A stretch of DNA of 25,734 nt from positions 496,001 to 521,734 of the forward strand of contig NW_026515690.1 of assembly GCF_025526975.1 (NCBI RefSeq). Direction: 5' to 3'. Source of the stretch: Fimicolochytrium jonesii (taxonomy: Eukaryota). The notes beneath the pieces are model-generated. The model saw only the letters and a program-made list of their open reading frames with translations. It was not told where the DNA came from and did not search any database. Made by a program: the position numbers and the translations under genes. This document shows, one piece after another, positions 1 through 11,404 of this stretch (position 1 is its first letter; each line of letters opens with the position of its first letter).

Positions 1-2629
1 TACATCGAGAATCTTTCTGCAACGGGATTCGTCGGTAAGGATTTTCTATTACTGTCCCAGACGCGAGCTGTCTTGGCGATCATTTGATTTCTCCGGTTGC
101 GTTCATTCCAGGGCGAACATTAGAAGAAACATTCCAGGGCAAGGGCCAAAGCCGCTTGGAACAGTTTCAGGCAAAGTTCGAGGCATTGGACAAGCAGCTC
201 AGCCGCGACACTCTTCTTCGACAGTTTGTTGATATTCAGCATATCAAGCGTACGGTCGATAACGTCAGCATGAAAGTGGAGAAAATGGAGAATACGTTGG
301 AGATGGTTTCTGTCGCAAGCAGTGGCAATCACGATTTGCATTTTCAACTTTTCTTGACAACGGTTCAAGCCAATAATGTTGATTTACTTCTGCGCTGGTT
401 GAAGGACAAACACCCTCCGCTGGTTAGTCGGTTGGCCCTTACTGCTAAAGGTACTGATAATGTGTTAACCCACAAATACATTCAATAGTCGACTCGTGAT
501 CATAAAGGTTGCTCCTTTATATGGCACGCCACCAAATGTAATGCGGAACAGTGTCTTGAAATCTTATTGAAAGAAATTCCTGCGAACTCGAACACAATCG
601 TCGACGCTGATGGGGAAGCAAGCCTTACGCCGTTGCATATCGCGGCATGGCATGGTTATGAGGGTTGCTTGCGATTGTTACTCAGCCATGTCAATGGCCG
701 GGGTCTGTTACAGTTGACCGATGGCAACGGTCAAACACCGTTGCATATCGCGGCATTACATGGGCATGAGGGTTGCCTACGCTTGTTGCTCAACCACGTC
801 GATGACGCGGATCTTTCGAAATTGAAAGATAATTCCAAGCGAACTCCTCCCGATTTGGCGGCAACGAATGGAAAAGTGGGCTGCCTTTCGTTGCTACTCG
901 AGCACCAAGGGGAACGCCTTCGTCCCGTGCTACATGACTTGATTGATCAAGCCGGCGAGCATTCCGATTGCTCGCGATTGTTGATTCGCCACGGGAAGCC
1001 CGAAGATTTCAACTATGTTCCTGGAGTCCTTCCTTTCGAAGAATGCGCTACTCTTTTGCGTTTCAGCGTGGGTTGTCGTACGTGTCTCGATTTCTTCTTT
1101 GTCTCGGTGAAAGAGACTGGGTTAAATATTTCCTTATTCTTCCAGGATCGATACCGCCTTTGTTCTACAATTGGACACATTCTCGGCATAGGCCAAGGCT
1201 TCCTTTGACATTGGCTGGGGGGATATTGGATCAATTGAGGATACGCTGGACGGATCCCAAGGAATTGAATGATTCCCACCTCGGAAAGTTCAACGGTGTC
1301 GGGCTCGTGATTGATGTTGACTCATCCGAGGACGCAAGTGCCGAAATGAAATGTACTCGGATTGCCGAGTTCCTGAGTGGCCCGGTTAAGCAGATATGTG
1401 ACAGCGGCATGGTCATGCATTTTCATTGTGAGTACGATGGTTTCCTGTGATGCAGCTGCTCTGAGACATCGACGTAAAGTATCTCACTTTTCTATATGCC
1501 GTTTACTGTATATTGCAGTTGAAATCAAGAAAGATGATTATGAGCTCCACGGTCCTCTTAGCGTGTTCAGCGACTTGCAAGACGAAGACTATTGGGGGGA
1601 TATTGACAACCCCAACGCGCAACTTCTCCAGTGGATTCTTGAATTTCCGGAAATTGTCCTAGGCTACCACCAGCTCGATGGACGTCTGGCCAAAGTATGG
1701 ATCAACGGGTCTCAAACTTTCCTGCTTGCCGGTACGTAAGGCCGGCGTCCCCGCTTTCTATATCTTGCGCTTTTACTCAAATTTCATGAAACAAATGCGC
1801 CCCAGACTGGTTTGACGCGAAAAAAGTGTGCGATGATTACTGGGATCCTATTCGGAGTTCGCTACTTGGGGCACTTGTCGTCGATGGCAGTGTCAAACAT
1901 TTGACTCTCACGGTCTCTTATTTAGCCGGCAATCTCGCGAAATGGGCAGATGGATGGCTAAATGATCTGAGGGAGTTGCTGTCGTTTCCTAGAAGTCTGG
2001 AGACGTTAACGATAGGTAGGTTCTCTGATTGTTGCCGTATCCGCTTCCCTACTCTTGCCTCAACAGTGGCGCATTTCGTACCCCAATTGCAGTCGACCTT
2101 TCAGATGCAGCATTTCTCTTCGGAATTGATATAGAGAGGAGCGTTGGTCCTATACTCCAGTGGGTTATTGAAGCTATACTGGAAGCGATGAAAACAAATC
2201 ATCGTTTCATCTTACGGCTGCCGAAGACTTGCTGGTATTGGATACCTGAGTCGGTCGATAAAGCTATAAAGAAAAGGTGCTTTTTCGGAGAGGATGTTGA
2301 TCTCAGTTGGAGGTGGGAAGTCGGTGAGTTTGAAGATTCCCGTCTGAAGCGTTCGGCTGCCCTCATCGTTGACTGAAACAACATTGTTTCCAGATCAAGA
2401 TTTCGATCATCTATGGGGGGAGTATCAACCTTACGACGAGGTCGAGATTCCGGATGGGAGCGACGATGACGAGGCGGCAGAGGCCACAGAAGAGGAGAAA
2501 TTCGAGGAAGACGAGATCGGAGTCGCCGACGACAAAGACGAGAAATGCGGCGAGATGGACAGACAGCCTCGCCCAGGAAATGCCGAGGCTTGTGGACCGG
2601 CTCATACCCACATTACACAAAACATCTAG
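1..2629 (+). CDS. Multi-exon ankyrin-repeat protein; 5' part lies outside the window
   Basis: Ankyrin motifs LTPLHIAAWHGYEGCLRLLL, GQTPLHIAALHGHEGCLRLLL and KRTPPDLAATNGKVGCLSLLL. Seven GT-AG introns join the + strand ORF pieces in phase: 35-111, 423-488, 1078-1145, 1428-1518, 1732-1805, 2016-2092, 2324-2393. Acidic C-terminus, stop TAG at 2627-2629. Confidence 0.85.
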
Positions 2630-2759
2630 TCCAAACACTGCTTGTGGCACATGTATTGAAAAATCCTACATAGGGGCAAACAAAATGACTCTATAACACT
2701 GCTTTCTATAAAGTAGGGATGAGGGTTCGACGGGGATACTCTTGCAAAGGTACGCCTAG

Positions 2760-3011
2760 TCAACTGGTCACGTCGCAGGCGAAGACTACTGGGGGGTAGC
2801 ATTCGTTACACACGGCGGCGGCACACTCGTTACCTATTGAGGATGTGCATGGGATGGGGCTAGCACAGTAGGCGGAGGTCCCTGTTGCCAGAAGTGCCAC
2901 ACTTGTCGCTGTGGGCGGGAGAGACGTGTTGGTGGGAGAAACTGCACACGTTGCGCCGGTTGCCCAGCAGAGGAGGGCGACCAGGACAGCGGCTGCGGCC
3001 GTTGCCCGCAT
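2760..3011 (-). CDS. Small secreted Cys-rich protein, about 83 aa
   Basis: ATG at 3011 starts a signal-peptide-like MRATAAAAVLVALLCWATGATCA, followed by a Thr/Pro/Ser linker and a 6-Cys segment. Additional exons cannot be excluded. Confidence 0.5.
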   Translation of the reverse strand: MRATAAAAVLVALLCWATGATCAVSPTNTSLPPTATSVALLATGTSAYCASPIPCTSSIGNECAAAVCNECYPPVVFACDVTS

Positions 3012-3351
3012 CAGGGTGGGCGGAAAGACATAGAGGCCAGGGCGTTGTGTGCAAGCGAGCAGAGCGTTGCCGAGAAGTCCTGGATGTGAAATGGGGATGC
3101 AGGAGGCTCCAGAGACTTGAAAACTGGCCATATATCCACTGCTACTCCCGAGGTCACTGTCAGTAGCATCCTACCCTAAAGAACCCACCCTAAAGAACCC
3201 TAAAGAACTGAACAAAAGCATCGGGGTCCATGGCGATTCGGGCATCGGCAGCGCTACTAACGATCGAGCAGGTGAATGACTTGCCTCCATTTAAGTCGCC
3301 AATGGGTGACACTATCATCAACTCCGGGGCTTTCATACGCTCAGACACGTA

Positions 3352-3869
3352 CAGTACCCTGGCAAAAGTTTTGGGAACGCACGCGTTTCAATTATAAACA
3401 ATTAGAATAATCGCTTACCGAAGGGCTCTAATTGACAACCATGCATACTGGACTTTAGCGCATGGGAGTGATACGGTCGGATTGTCCAGAAGCAGGAGCA
3501 TACTCAATCTACATAGTAGTCAAGTCTGAAAACAATCTACATAGTAGTCAAGTCTGAAAACTGTCTGGTTGTCAACTTATTGTCCGTTGAAGTCGGAAGA
3601 GCCGTCCTCCCATAATTGATTTTCAGGTCCAATTAGAGAAAAAACTTAAACCAATCTTCTCCATGGTATCCTGCCCAAACCTACTTGACAAAGCGCATGG
3701 CCAGTTATAAGGAAAACAAGCGGATCAACAGGAAGCTTATATTTGTCTCTATGGGCGGATTTAAGTTTAGTGCATAATTGTGAACTTTACCCAGTAGCAA
3801 AAGAAGACGGATTTTCTAATTGTTTGTAATTGAAACGCGTGCATCCCAAAAACTTTTGTCAGGGTACTG
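3352..3869. mobile_element. Non-autonomous Tc1/mariner-type MITE, 518 bp
   Basis: About 56-bp imperfect TIRs (CAGTACCCTGGCAAAAGTTTTGGGAACGCACGCGTTTCAATT... and ...AATTGAAACGCGTGCATCCCAAAAACTTTTGTCAGGGTACTG) flanked by TA at 3350-3351 and 3870-3871. AT-rich interior, no ORF. Confidence 0.9.
3505..3560. repeat. 28-bp perfect tandem duplication inside the MITE
   Basis: CAATCTACATAGTAGTCAAGTCTGAAAA x2. Confidence 0.95.
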
Positions 3870-3871
3870 TA

Positions 3872-4482
3872 ATTCTCAAATTCCGCCACGGCGTCCGATT
3901 GACATTGATATACAAGCTTTGAAAGCGTCGGATTTTGAACGTCGTTGGGAGGCCCGAAGGTGAACGCTCGCGGTCCAAGATCAGATCAGCTTCGACGAGC
4001 AGCCGGAAAGCTGCGAGCGTTCTGTATGACGCAAAGTGCTCTTTGACTGTTTTCTTCCAGGTGTCAGCGACCGGACCCACCATGCGAGCAAGTCGCAAGT
4101 CAAGCAAGACCTTATCCCACTCCTCCTCGGCGCGCATATACCCTTGTCGTCCAGCTTTGGTGTCAATAAGCACACTATGTAGCGCCGCCATGGAGGAAAC
4201 TTCCACCGGCAGAGCGACCAGTTCCTTCACGACCGGCAATACTCATACGGCCCTTGACGCGTATATTGGGTTACGAGTGGCAACCGGAGCCAAGATGATA
4301 GCTTCATCTGTGCAGTAGATACCCACAACCGCATCCAGTGCATGGGTTCCATTGTCCGATGTCAGAGTGGTACGATACTCGGCCAATAGAGGTGCAAGGA
4401 GGCTGCGCTCGCTAGCCTCTCCTAGCCACTTGAAGGCTACCCTTTCTTTGCTCCGCGGCCCCCATGATATCGTAGAGCTCAA
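3872..4482 (-). pseudogene. Possible degenerate gene of unknown function
   Basis: ORFs 4243-4482 and 3859-4239 are in the same frame, separated by a single TGA, and the frame runs into the MITE terminus. No family recognised. Confidence 0.3.
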
Positions 4483-4922
4483 ATACGAACGACGTGACGT
4501 GGCTTCACAAGTGTCCCCAAATTCATTTCCCGCCCTCAGCTCGCCCCCGACAAAGTAAGCATAACCGAGAAGAGCCCACTCCCGGATTGCACAGCAGGGA
4601 ACTAGAAAACTTGCCGAGCCGGTATTGGCAACAGGGCAATGACAAACCTATGGACAGTGATTAGAGTAGATGAGAGGAAACTGCTTGATAAATTTACGGT
4701 CAAAGGAAACTCGCACACACTCAGCATACCATAATAGAGCGAGGAAAAACAGCTCACTGCTCGCACATTGACGGGAGACGCGCTGTCGGAACTGATGCCG
4801 AGAGGAAGGAAGGAAGGAAGGCCGTTTTTGCCTCCTAAAGGGTATATCGCCAACGCGAGGGTGAGACCATAAACTGGATAAGCGGCAAAGTGGAACTATA
4901 TATATACTGTATACAGTACGTA

Positions 4923-6301
4923 CAGCCAATGGACATAAACCTGTGCACCCCCTCTAATCGAATTCAATGACCGTTTCACAAGCGGATGCGCGTTCCATCC
5001 AGCCTGCCTCCGGACAAGCCAGGATCTTACCGACATGCCCGCAATTGCGACCTCCATCTTCATCCCCTGCTATGGGCAAACCACTCTCCCCTCAGCAGAG
5101 GGCTGCCATAGTGGCGCTGCACAGGTCAGGCAAGAACAAGCGACAAATAGCTGCACAGGAGGGGGTTGCATTCAGGACTGTTCAGTATACTATCAAGAAG
5201 TTTGCTGCTGAATCTGCGGACAGCCCACCGTCCTATCAGTCAAAAAAGCCACCGGGAAGACCAGCTAAGTATCAACCAGAGGACGGTGACTTGGAGGAGT
5301 TCCGCAGACTTGTTCTCTCAGATATTCAGACACGAGAAAAGACATTAAAACAAATTCGGTTGGAACTCATCCCTCTTACAGGTATCACGGCATGCGAAAA
5401 GACAGTGCGTCCTTACCTTCACAAACTCCTCCATTTGACCTCCCGCTTCAAAATCCACAAGCCGTTTTTGTCTGACAAGCACAAAGCAGCACGCCTTGCG
5501 TTTGCGTTGGAACATCAGCACTGGACAGTTGCGGATTGGTCACGGGTTGTGTGGACGGATGAGACGTCTTTTGATATTGGCTGGGTTCCCAAAATGCGAT
5601 GTTGGCGTCTGCGAACTGAACATTTTCACCCTGACTGTATCAGAGGCACTCGACGTAGCGGATGCAAAACATTTATGTATTGGGGAGCATTTATTGGAAA
5701 CGCTGTTGGTCCGTTGACGCAGGTCCAGCCGGTTCAGCGTGAGGGCCAAGTTTGCGGTAGGGGTATCAATTCCACTGCTTACGTTCAGCATTTAACCGCT
5801 CATCTTTTGCCAATGTGGCAAAACCTTGAGATTTTTGTTCCCAACCTCCTTTTCATGCAGGACAACGCCCCTATCCACACTTCTGCCAAAACGCGCCAAT
5901 TCTTTGCGGAGCATGGCATCAACATCATGCCGTAGCCAGCGCAGAGCCCCGATCTCAACCCAATTGAAAACCTCTGGGCGATTGTCAAGCGGGAGGTATC
6001 GCGGGCTAATGCAAATGCAGATGGTGTTGTGCAGCAGGTGTGGCCAACAGTGGAAAGGCATTTGGATAACCTAGTTGGATCGATGCCGACAAGGATGCAG
6101 GCAGTCATTGTTGCAAACGGAGGAACGACACGGTATTAATAAGGGTATTAGGCAGGAACCGAAGTCTAGATTTCATCTAGATTAGGTTCCTTATTGATCC
6201 CCGAGACTAAGGATGATGAGTCCGCGTCTAAATCAGTTGCGGCAACGCGACCGGTCACTGACTTAGTCTCAAGGGGTGCACAGCTTTATGTCCGTTGGCT
6301 G
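4923..6301 (+). mobile_element. Full-length Tc1/mariner DNA transposon, 1379 bp
   Basis: 29-bp TIRs CAGCCAATGGACATAAACCTGTGCACCCC (4923-4951) and GGGGTGCACAGCTTTATGTCCGTTGGCTG (6273-6301), 2 mismatches. TA duplication at 4921-4922 and 6302-6303. Internal transposase frame. Confidence 0.96.
5072..6139 (+). pseudogene. Tc1-family DD34E transposase with one premature stop
   Basis: N-terminal HTH region and PPGRP motif; catalytic WTDE, QDNAPIH and SPDLNPIE with 34 residues between the second D and the E. The conserved W of WPAQSPDLNPIEN is TAG (5933-5935); the frame continues to TAA at 6137-6139. Confidence 0.93.
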
Positions 6302-6574
6302 TACAGTGGATTTCCGAAAAGGTGGTTCAGCAGTACTGTATTGCTACCACGTACACTGGGAGCCTCTCACTGATCGCTATGTCCTTGAACTTGAAACCTA
6401 CCTCACCTCGTTCCCAATGCCTGCCACTCCCACACCCCTTTGTGGGAGAATCGGAAGCTGAACTTCATAGAAATGCTGGAAAGGATGCGGGTTAGGCCTA
6501 GGGTTGGACCATGCATAAGGTTAAACCAGGTCGAGGTCGGACCAGCTCTCCGTCGGTGCTACTTACCCCAGAAC

Positions 6575-6650
6575 GGTTAGGGTTAGGGTCAAGGACGATC
6601 GGCCTTGAATTCTCGAAGACGTGCAGATCTAGGGTTAGGGTTAGGGTTAG
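6575..6650 (+). repeat. Short interstitial TTAGGG tracts
   Basis: GGTTAGGGTTAGGGT at 6575-6589 and TAGGGTTAGGGTTAGGGTTAG at 6630-6650, same polarity as the terminal array. Confidence 0.8.
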
Positions 6651-7409
6651 CTCGGCGAAAGCGTCAAGGGGAGGGGGGGTTAATTCAGTACATCAGTGGC
6701 CGGCATTGAATGCTCAAAACCGACGTCGTTCCATGTTCTCGTCAGGGTCGCGAGGTTGCGTGGTTCAGAGTGAGCTTGGAAAGACCCCTGAGTTTGTTGA
6801 ACAATAACAACTACGTACAAAGGAAGTCCATTATTTTCCAATGCTCCGCGAGATGAAGGAGACCTTAACCAGGGCCCATTAGCACTGCAGTTGCAAAAAT
6901 CGCATTTCCGCCGCATCAAATACTTCCTCCGATGATTCTGTGGTTCGCTCTCATTACACTTTCGGTCAAATGGACATTCTGGGCTAGATGAATACTGTGT
7001 ATTGCTATTGGTTCCATTCACTTTGAATTTGAGAGGCAACTGACCGGCGTGAGGAGCGCCATGAGAACCCTGGCATTCACCAGTATTCCGTTTTTCTTCG
7101 GAAAAATATGATTCCGAACGCCAAAGGGTTAGCTTAGCTCGGCGTGAGAGGTCAGTTGAGGAAGGATGTTTATGGTCTCCGCTACTCTTTCGTGTGAAGC
7201 AAACTGTCCATGTTCGATCGAGTGCCAATCCCGCCAACAGTCAATGTGCTCTCATACGCGCCATGCCGTCACTTCCAGGGTTTCTCGCTTGGACACAACG
7301 AGATGACTGTTGATGTCGCATGCAGTCTCTACAAAACGACTCCTCACGGAATGGTCTATCCTCCTGTGCAACTACAAGCATATATTAACTTATTTCAAAC
7401 GGTGTCAGT

Positions 7410-8450
7410 ATGAGCGGTTGCGCCACAACCCTCACCGGCGGGATCGCTGTCGCAACTACCCCAACCAGCACCGCCATGCCTCCGGGGACGACCAGCTTCG
7501 GCAATGTGTTTGGGAACCTCACCCCTCGAATCTGCCAAGGCTCGTATACCTTCCAATTCTCCGTCTTGGATCAAGGCCCCTATGCGCGGTGCACCGTCGG
7601 CGTCTTCTACCGGTACGACTCGGCGACTGAATGGTGGAAGAACGCGATCCAGTTCATCCTGCCCCCCGCCACGGCCAGCGAATGCAACCTCGTCATCGGC
7701 CCGGACGACGATACCTCCAAATGGACACTGGGCGCCTGGCAGGAGACGGGATATTACTGGCAAAGTCTCAACTACGGCTTGCAACCGCAGACCAATTCTT
7801 CGATCCCGGTTTGCGTCAATACTTTACCCTCAGCCACAAACGACCCTTCCCTGACCCCGACGATGACCACGACGACGACGACGAACGGTCAACCCGACAC
7901 CCAGGCATTGCTGCAGAACTCGGGAGTCGTTGTCCCTTGGACCAAGCAGGAGATATCCATCACCAAACCGGTGCTGGTGGGCGGAGTCATCGGCATCGCT
8001 CTCGGCGGCGCGGCGCTCGCCCTCCTCGGGACTACGCTCTACTGGTTCCTGAAGCGCAAAAGGAATGAAGGGGAGAGGAAGGTCGGGCCGAACATCGAGG
8101 CGCCATCATCTCCTGTGTCACACGCCCCCAAGATGCAGCGTGGAGGAGAGACGCCTCATGGAGGGGATACGGAGGAGGCTCCTGCCGTCACGGGCATGCA
8201 CCCGGTGCGGGATGTTGGTGTCTGTCCTACCCCCGCCGTTGCTCATCCTTACAGCGAGAAGCAGGCGCAGGGGGAGACAGAGATGGGAAGTGGTAGAGAA
8301 GATGCAGGTGACGCTGCCCATTCTGCTTCCGGCAGGCAGGACCCTGAAATAGATCCTGAATTGGAAGAAGCTTCTGCGGAAACGGCTGGGCTTGGCCAGC
8401 GGACGTCGTTCGTCCCGCAACCCTCTGCTGCTGAACTCGAGCGCACATGA
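7410..8450 (+). CDS. Single-pass membrane protein (Cys-containing ectodomain, Thr-rich stalk, TM helix, disordered tail); upstream exon(s) likely
   Basis: 346-aa GC-rich ORF with a poly-Thr stalk and hydrophobic VLVGGVIGIALGGAALALLGTTLYWFL followed by KRKR. A branch/acceptor-like TTAAC...CAG lies just upstream (7385-7408). Confidence 0.75.
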   Translation: MSGCATTLTGGIAVATTPTSTAMPPGTTSFGNVFGNLTPRICQGSYTFQFSVLDQGPYARCTVGVFYRYDSATEWWKNAIQFILPPATASECNLVIGPDDDTSKWTLGAWQETGYYWQSLNYGLQPQTNSSIPVCVNTLPSATNDPSLTPTMTTTTTTNGQPDTQALLQNSGVVVPWTKQEISITKPVLVGGVIGIALGGAALALLGTTLYWFLKRKRNEGERKVGPNIEAPSSPVSHAPKMQRGGETPHGGDTEEAPAVTGMHPVRDVGVCPTPAVAHPYSEKQAQGETEMGSGREDAGDAAHSASGRQDPEIDPELEEASAETAGLGQRTSFVPQPSAAELERT

Positions 8451-11111
8451 TGTTGCTTCATACCGCCGCCAATCTTTAAATAAGATCTATCTGCTGTATC
8501 TATTTTTCTGCACGGTCGCCCTATGTACCATATAGAGACTAGGTTGTACAACTCAACACCCATCACGCAATGCACCCGGTGTAATACGGCTGAGGTTTCA
8601 CCCTCTCCGCCACGGTCGTGACCCTCCACTCGGAATGTCTGACATGGGAACCCCGATTCCCCTGACACGTCCCCATACAACACGGCCTGTTCGACTGCCA
8701 CAGATCGCAGGATACCCTCACAGGGAGCAAAGTCCGCGGCCCAAATACCATCCGCAGCCCGCAAACATGACGTCTAGGAGGACGGCCGAGCGCTTCCTGG
8801 ATACCTGCTGTCCGTGCGAGAGAACAACTCCTGGCGCGTCGACCGAGCCGCGCCAGCCGAATTGGATGTTCATTGGGCCCGGAGACGCAGTTCTACAGTG
8901 TATACTAATGAGGGGCAACAAAAGGAAAAGCCGGCTGCGATTAGAAGACTAGGCAACGAGCGCGGCGGGAGAGGACAGACTTGTGTGAAAAAGCTGCTCA
9001 CATCCACCAATGCGCCATGGCCGGGGCGGCATTGCATAGCCCAGATAGCCCAACGGCTCAACTGCGCGACACCGGCGGGGATGACGAAGTCGGCATGCTA
9101 GGTAACGGCCCCGCTCAGCATCTGCCACATGAGCACATGCCTCGATGTACAGTATACACAGTTGGCGCCGGCACAAGGGGTACGGGTGCTGCTGCAGAAT
9201 GAACAGCGGGTCATCCCATCTCGACTCTCGCTATAAATCTCTAAGGGCCTTGGCGAGCGTCAAAGCGCATCGACTTCTCATTCGGTTGTCATCTTTGTCA
9301 AGGCGACAGCAAGCAATCCAAACGGTCGAAATACCTGGGCAAGCAAACCTGGCAGTCACAGGATGCCGCCAATGCCAACGGAGGTGTTGCGGGTGTCTAT
9401 TTGGATTACTAAGGCTCGGGAACCTCCATAACCCTCACTACCGCAAGAACCTCCGTCACAATCTCGAGACCCATTGCGCGCAATGCTGGGACACAGTGAA
9501 CACCACGCACTTATCAAGCGGTTGAGGAATATCCCTGGTCGCAGGACAGGGGGGACTTCGAGTTCGAAACGGAAAAATAGAGGCTGCCGACCTGCCGAGC
9601 AGTCTCTTTTTCCTTTTTCAAATGTAGTCTTCAGATTGCACGACGGGCGGAAGTGTGAAACTCTCCACGGTCGGACGCGCGTGCCTGCGTCGTGCGATGC
9701 GTCGTGCGCAGGTTTGCGGCACCGTTCAAACTCAGCTTCGCTGGAAGCCTTGGTTTGCTGGCTGAGGCACAAGACTGAGCAAGCTTGGGCGCTGGCACAT
9801 CCAGGGGAGGAGACCTGGAGACGCGGACGACGAAGGACTGAAAAGGCTGTCACGAGCGCGATGGAACCGCCGGGACGACTTACATTAAGCGGTCTTTCGG
9901 GGCCGCGAACGGGAAAGACATGATCACTGGCCGATTCTTGGGGTTCGGAAGCACCTTTAGTGTGCATGAGATATTGTCGCGGACTCCGAATGGAAAGCGG
10001 TGGTTAAGCTTAGCCGGAAACGCAATACGGTCGCCGTGGACGTTGAGCCTAGGTGTTGAGCATTCCCGACGGCTTCGGAAGCGTTCAATGATTCCTTGCC
10101 GGGGTAAGTCCGGCGTGCGGATCGGTGTAGTGGTTTCTCTTCTCTGTGACCGATTGCCATCGAGTCGAGCCTCAGGTTGAGCCCCGGACAAGCTGTGATG
10201 GTTTCTCGCGGAGCATCCACGCATAGCGTCGCTGCCCCATTGTCAACGTTTTCAGTCCGGAAAAGATCTGAAGTGGTCCGCCAGTGTGCGACGAGGTGCA
10301 AGATATGTCGCGGACACAAGGGACGATGCCATACGTCGCGGACTTCGGATTTGCGACTCCCGCCTACACCCGGAATTTTGAGGATGCCAGTCCTCGCCAC
10401 CCAATCTACGTATCTCCCAGGTTTCACACAGAAAATCCCATCAATTGGTCTGCGTGGATGAGTCTCTGTCGTCCTTGGCGGCGATGGCGAATACGGTGAT
10501 GGGCAAACTTCCCTGGCCTGCATATGAGCAGGTGAATATGGGGCATGATCGATGGCGTGCTTCCAATTTTACGACATTTGTTGCCTCACCGACCAACGAT
10601 GAGGAGGATTGTGGCGCTGCCACGAAAAAGCTTTCGGCGGCGTGACTGGGCGTTGGGTTCGCAAAGGCTTCCGTGGTGTGAGGATTGACAATTGAGGGGT
10701 GTGATCTGTGGGGTGCTTTGGGACGAACAATGTGCCCGACGAGTGGGATGGGAACATTCTTTTTGTTTCATGTAGGATTAGGGCTAATTGCAGGGCGGCG
10801 GTGGTATGTGCTTGAAGCACTTGTACGGACTACATCTGAAAACCAGTTTATATACATCTCTTTGCAAAATGTAACTAGCACACATATGAGATCATAGTCG
10901 CTTATCGTAACCGGAACCAATTACTGTTCAAGTATGCTGGGTATACGCCGATTGGGAAACAACAAGTGTGAGATGTATAAGGAAAAGGAAACGAGGGGCA
11001 ACAAGTCAGGACCTACACTACCCACTGCCGAATGGTTCCATCTGTACTACTATTATACTTCGTTCTCGCATCGGCAGAGACGACGACAGCCTTGACAGCT
11101 CCGGTGTGTCC

Positions 11112-11123
11112 TTAGGGTTAGGG

Positions 11124-11164
<41 letters not shown>

Positions 11165-11404
11165 GGTTAGGGTTAGGGTTAGGGTTAGGGTTAGGGTTAG
11201 GGTTAGGGTTAGGGTTAGGGGTTAGGGTTAGGGTTAGGGTTAGGGTTAGGGTTAGGGTTAGGGTTAGGGTTAGGGTTAGGGTTAGGGTTAGGGTTAGGGT
11301 TAGGGTTAGGGTTAGGGTTAGGTATAGGGTTAGGGTTAGGGTTAGGGTTAGGGTTAGGGTTAGGGTTAGGGTTAGGGTTAGGGTTAGGGTTAGGGTTAGG
11401 GTTA
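11112..11404 (+). repeat. Telomeric (TTAGGG)n tract 1, the innermost
   Basis: About 290 bp of TTAGGG with a few variant units. Confidence 0.99.

Noticed and set aside
3173..3208. ACCCTAAAGA x3 telomere-like microrepeat
   Set aside because: Short, 10-bp period and opposite polarity; insufficient to call a telomere relic.
8560..10900. Many overlapping short ORFs, e.g. 9474-9923 and the Cys/His-rich 10177-10461
   Set aside because: No recognisable domain or consistent exon chain. May be a degraded or spliced gene, but I cannot support a call.
10968..11225. ORFs with LGLGLG, RVRVRV or NPNPNP runs (also 14219-14461, 17172-17402, 24215-24430)
   Set aside because: These are translations of telomere repeats and T-tracts.
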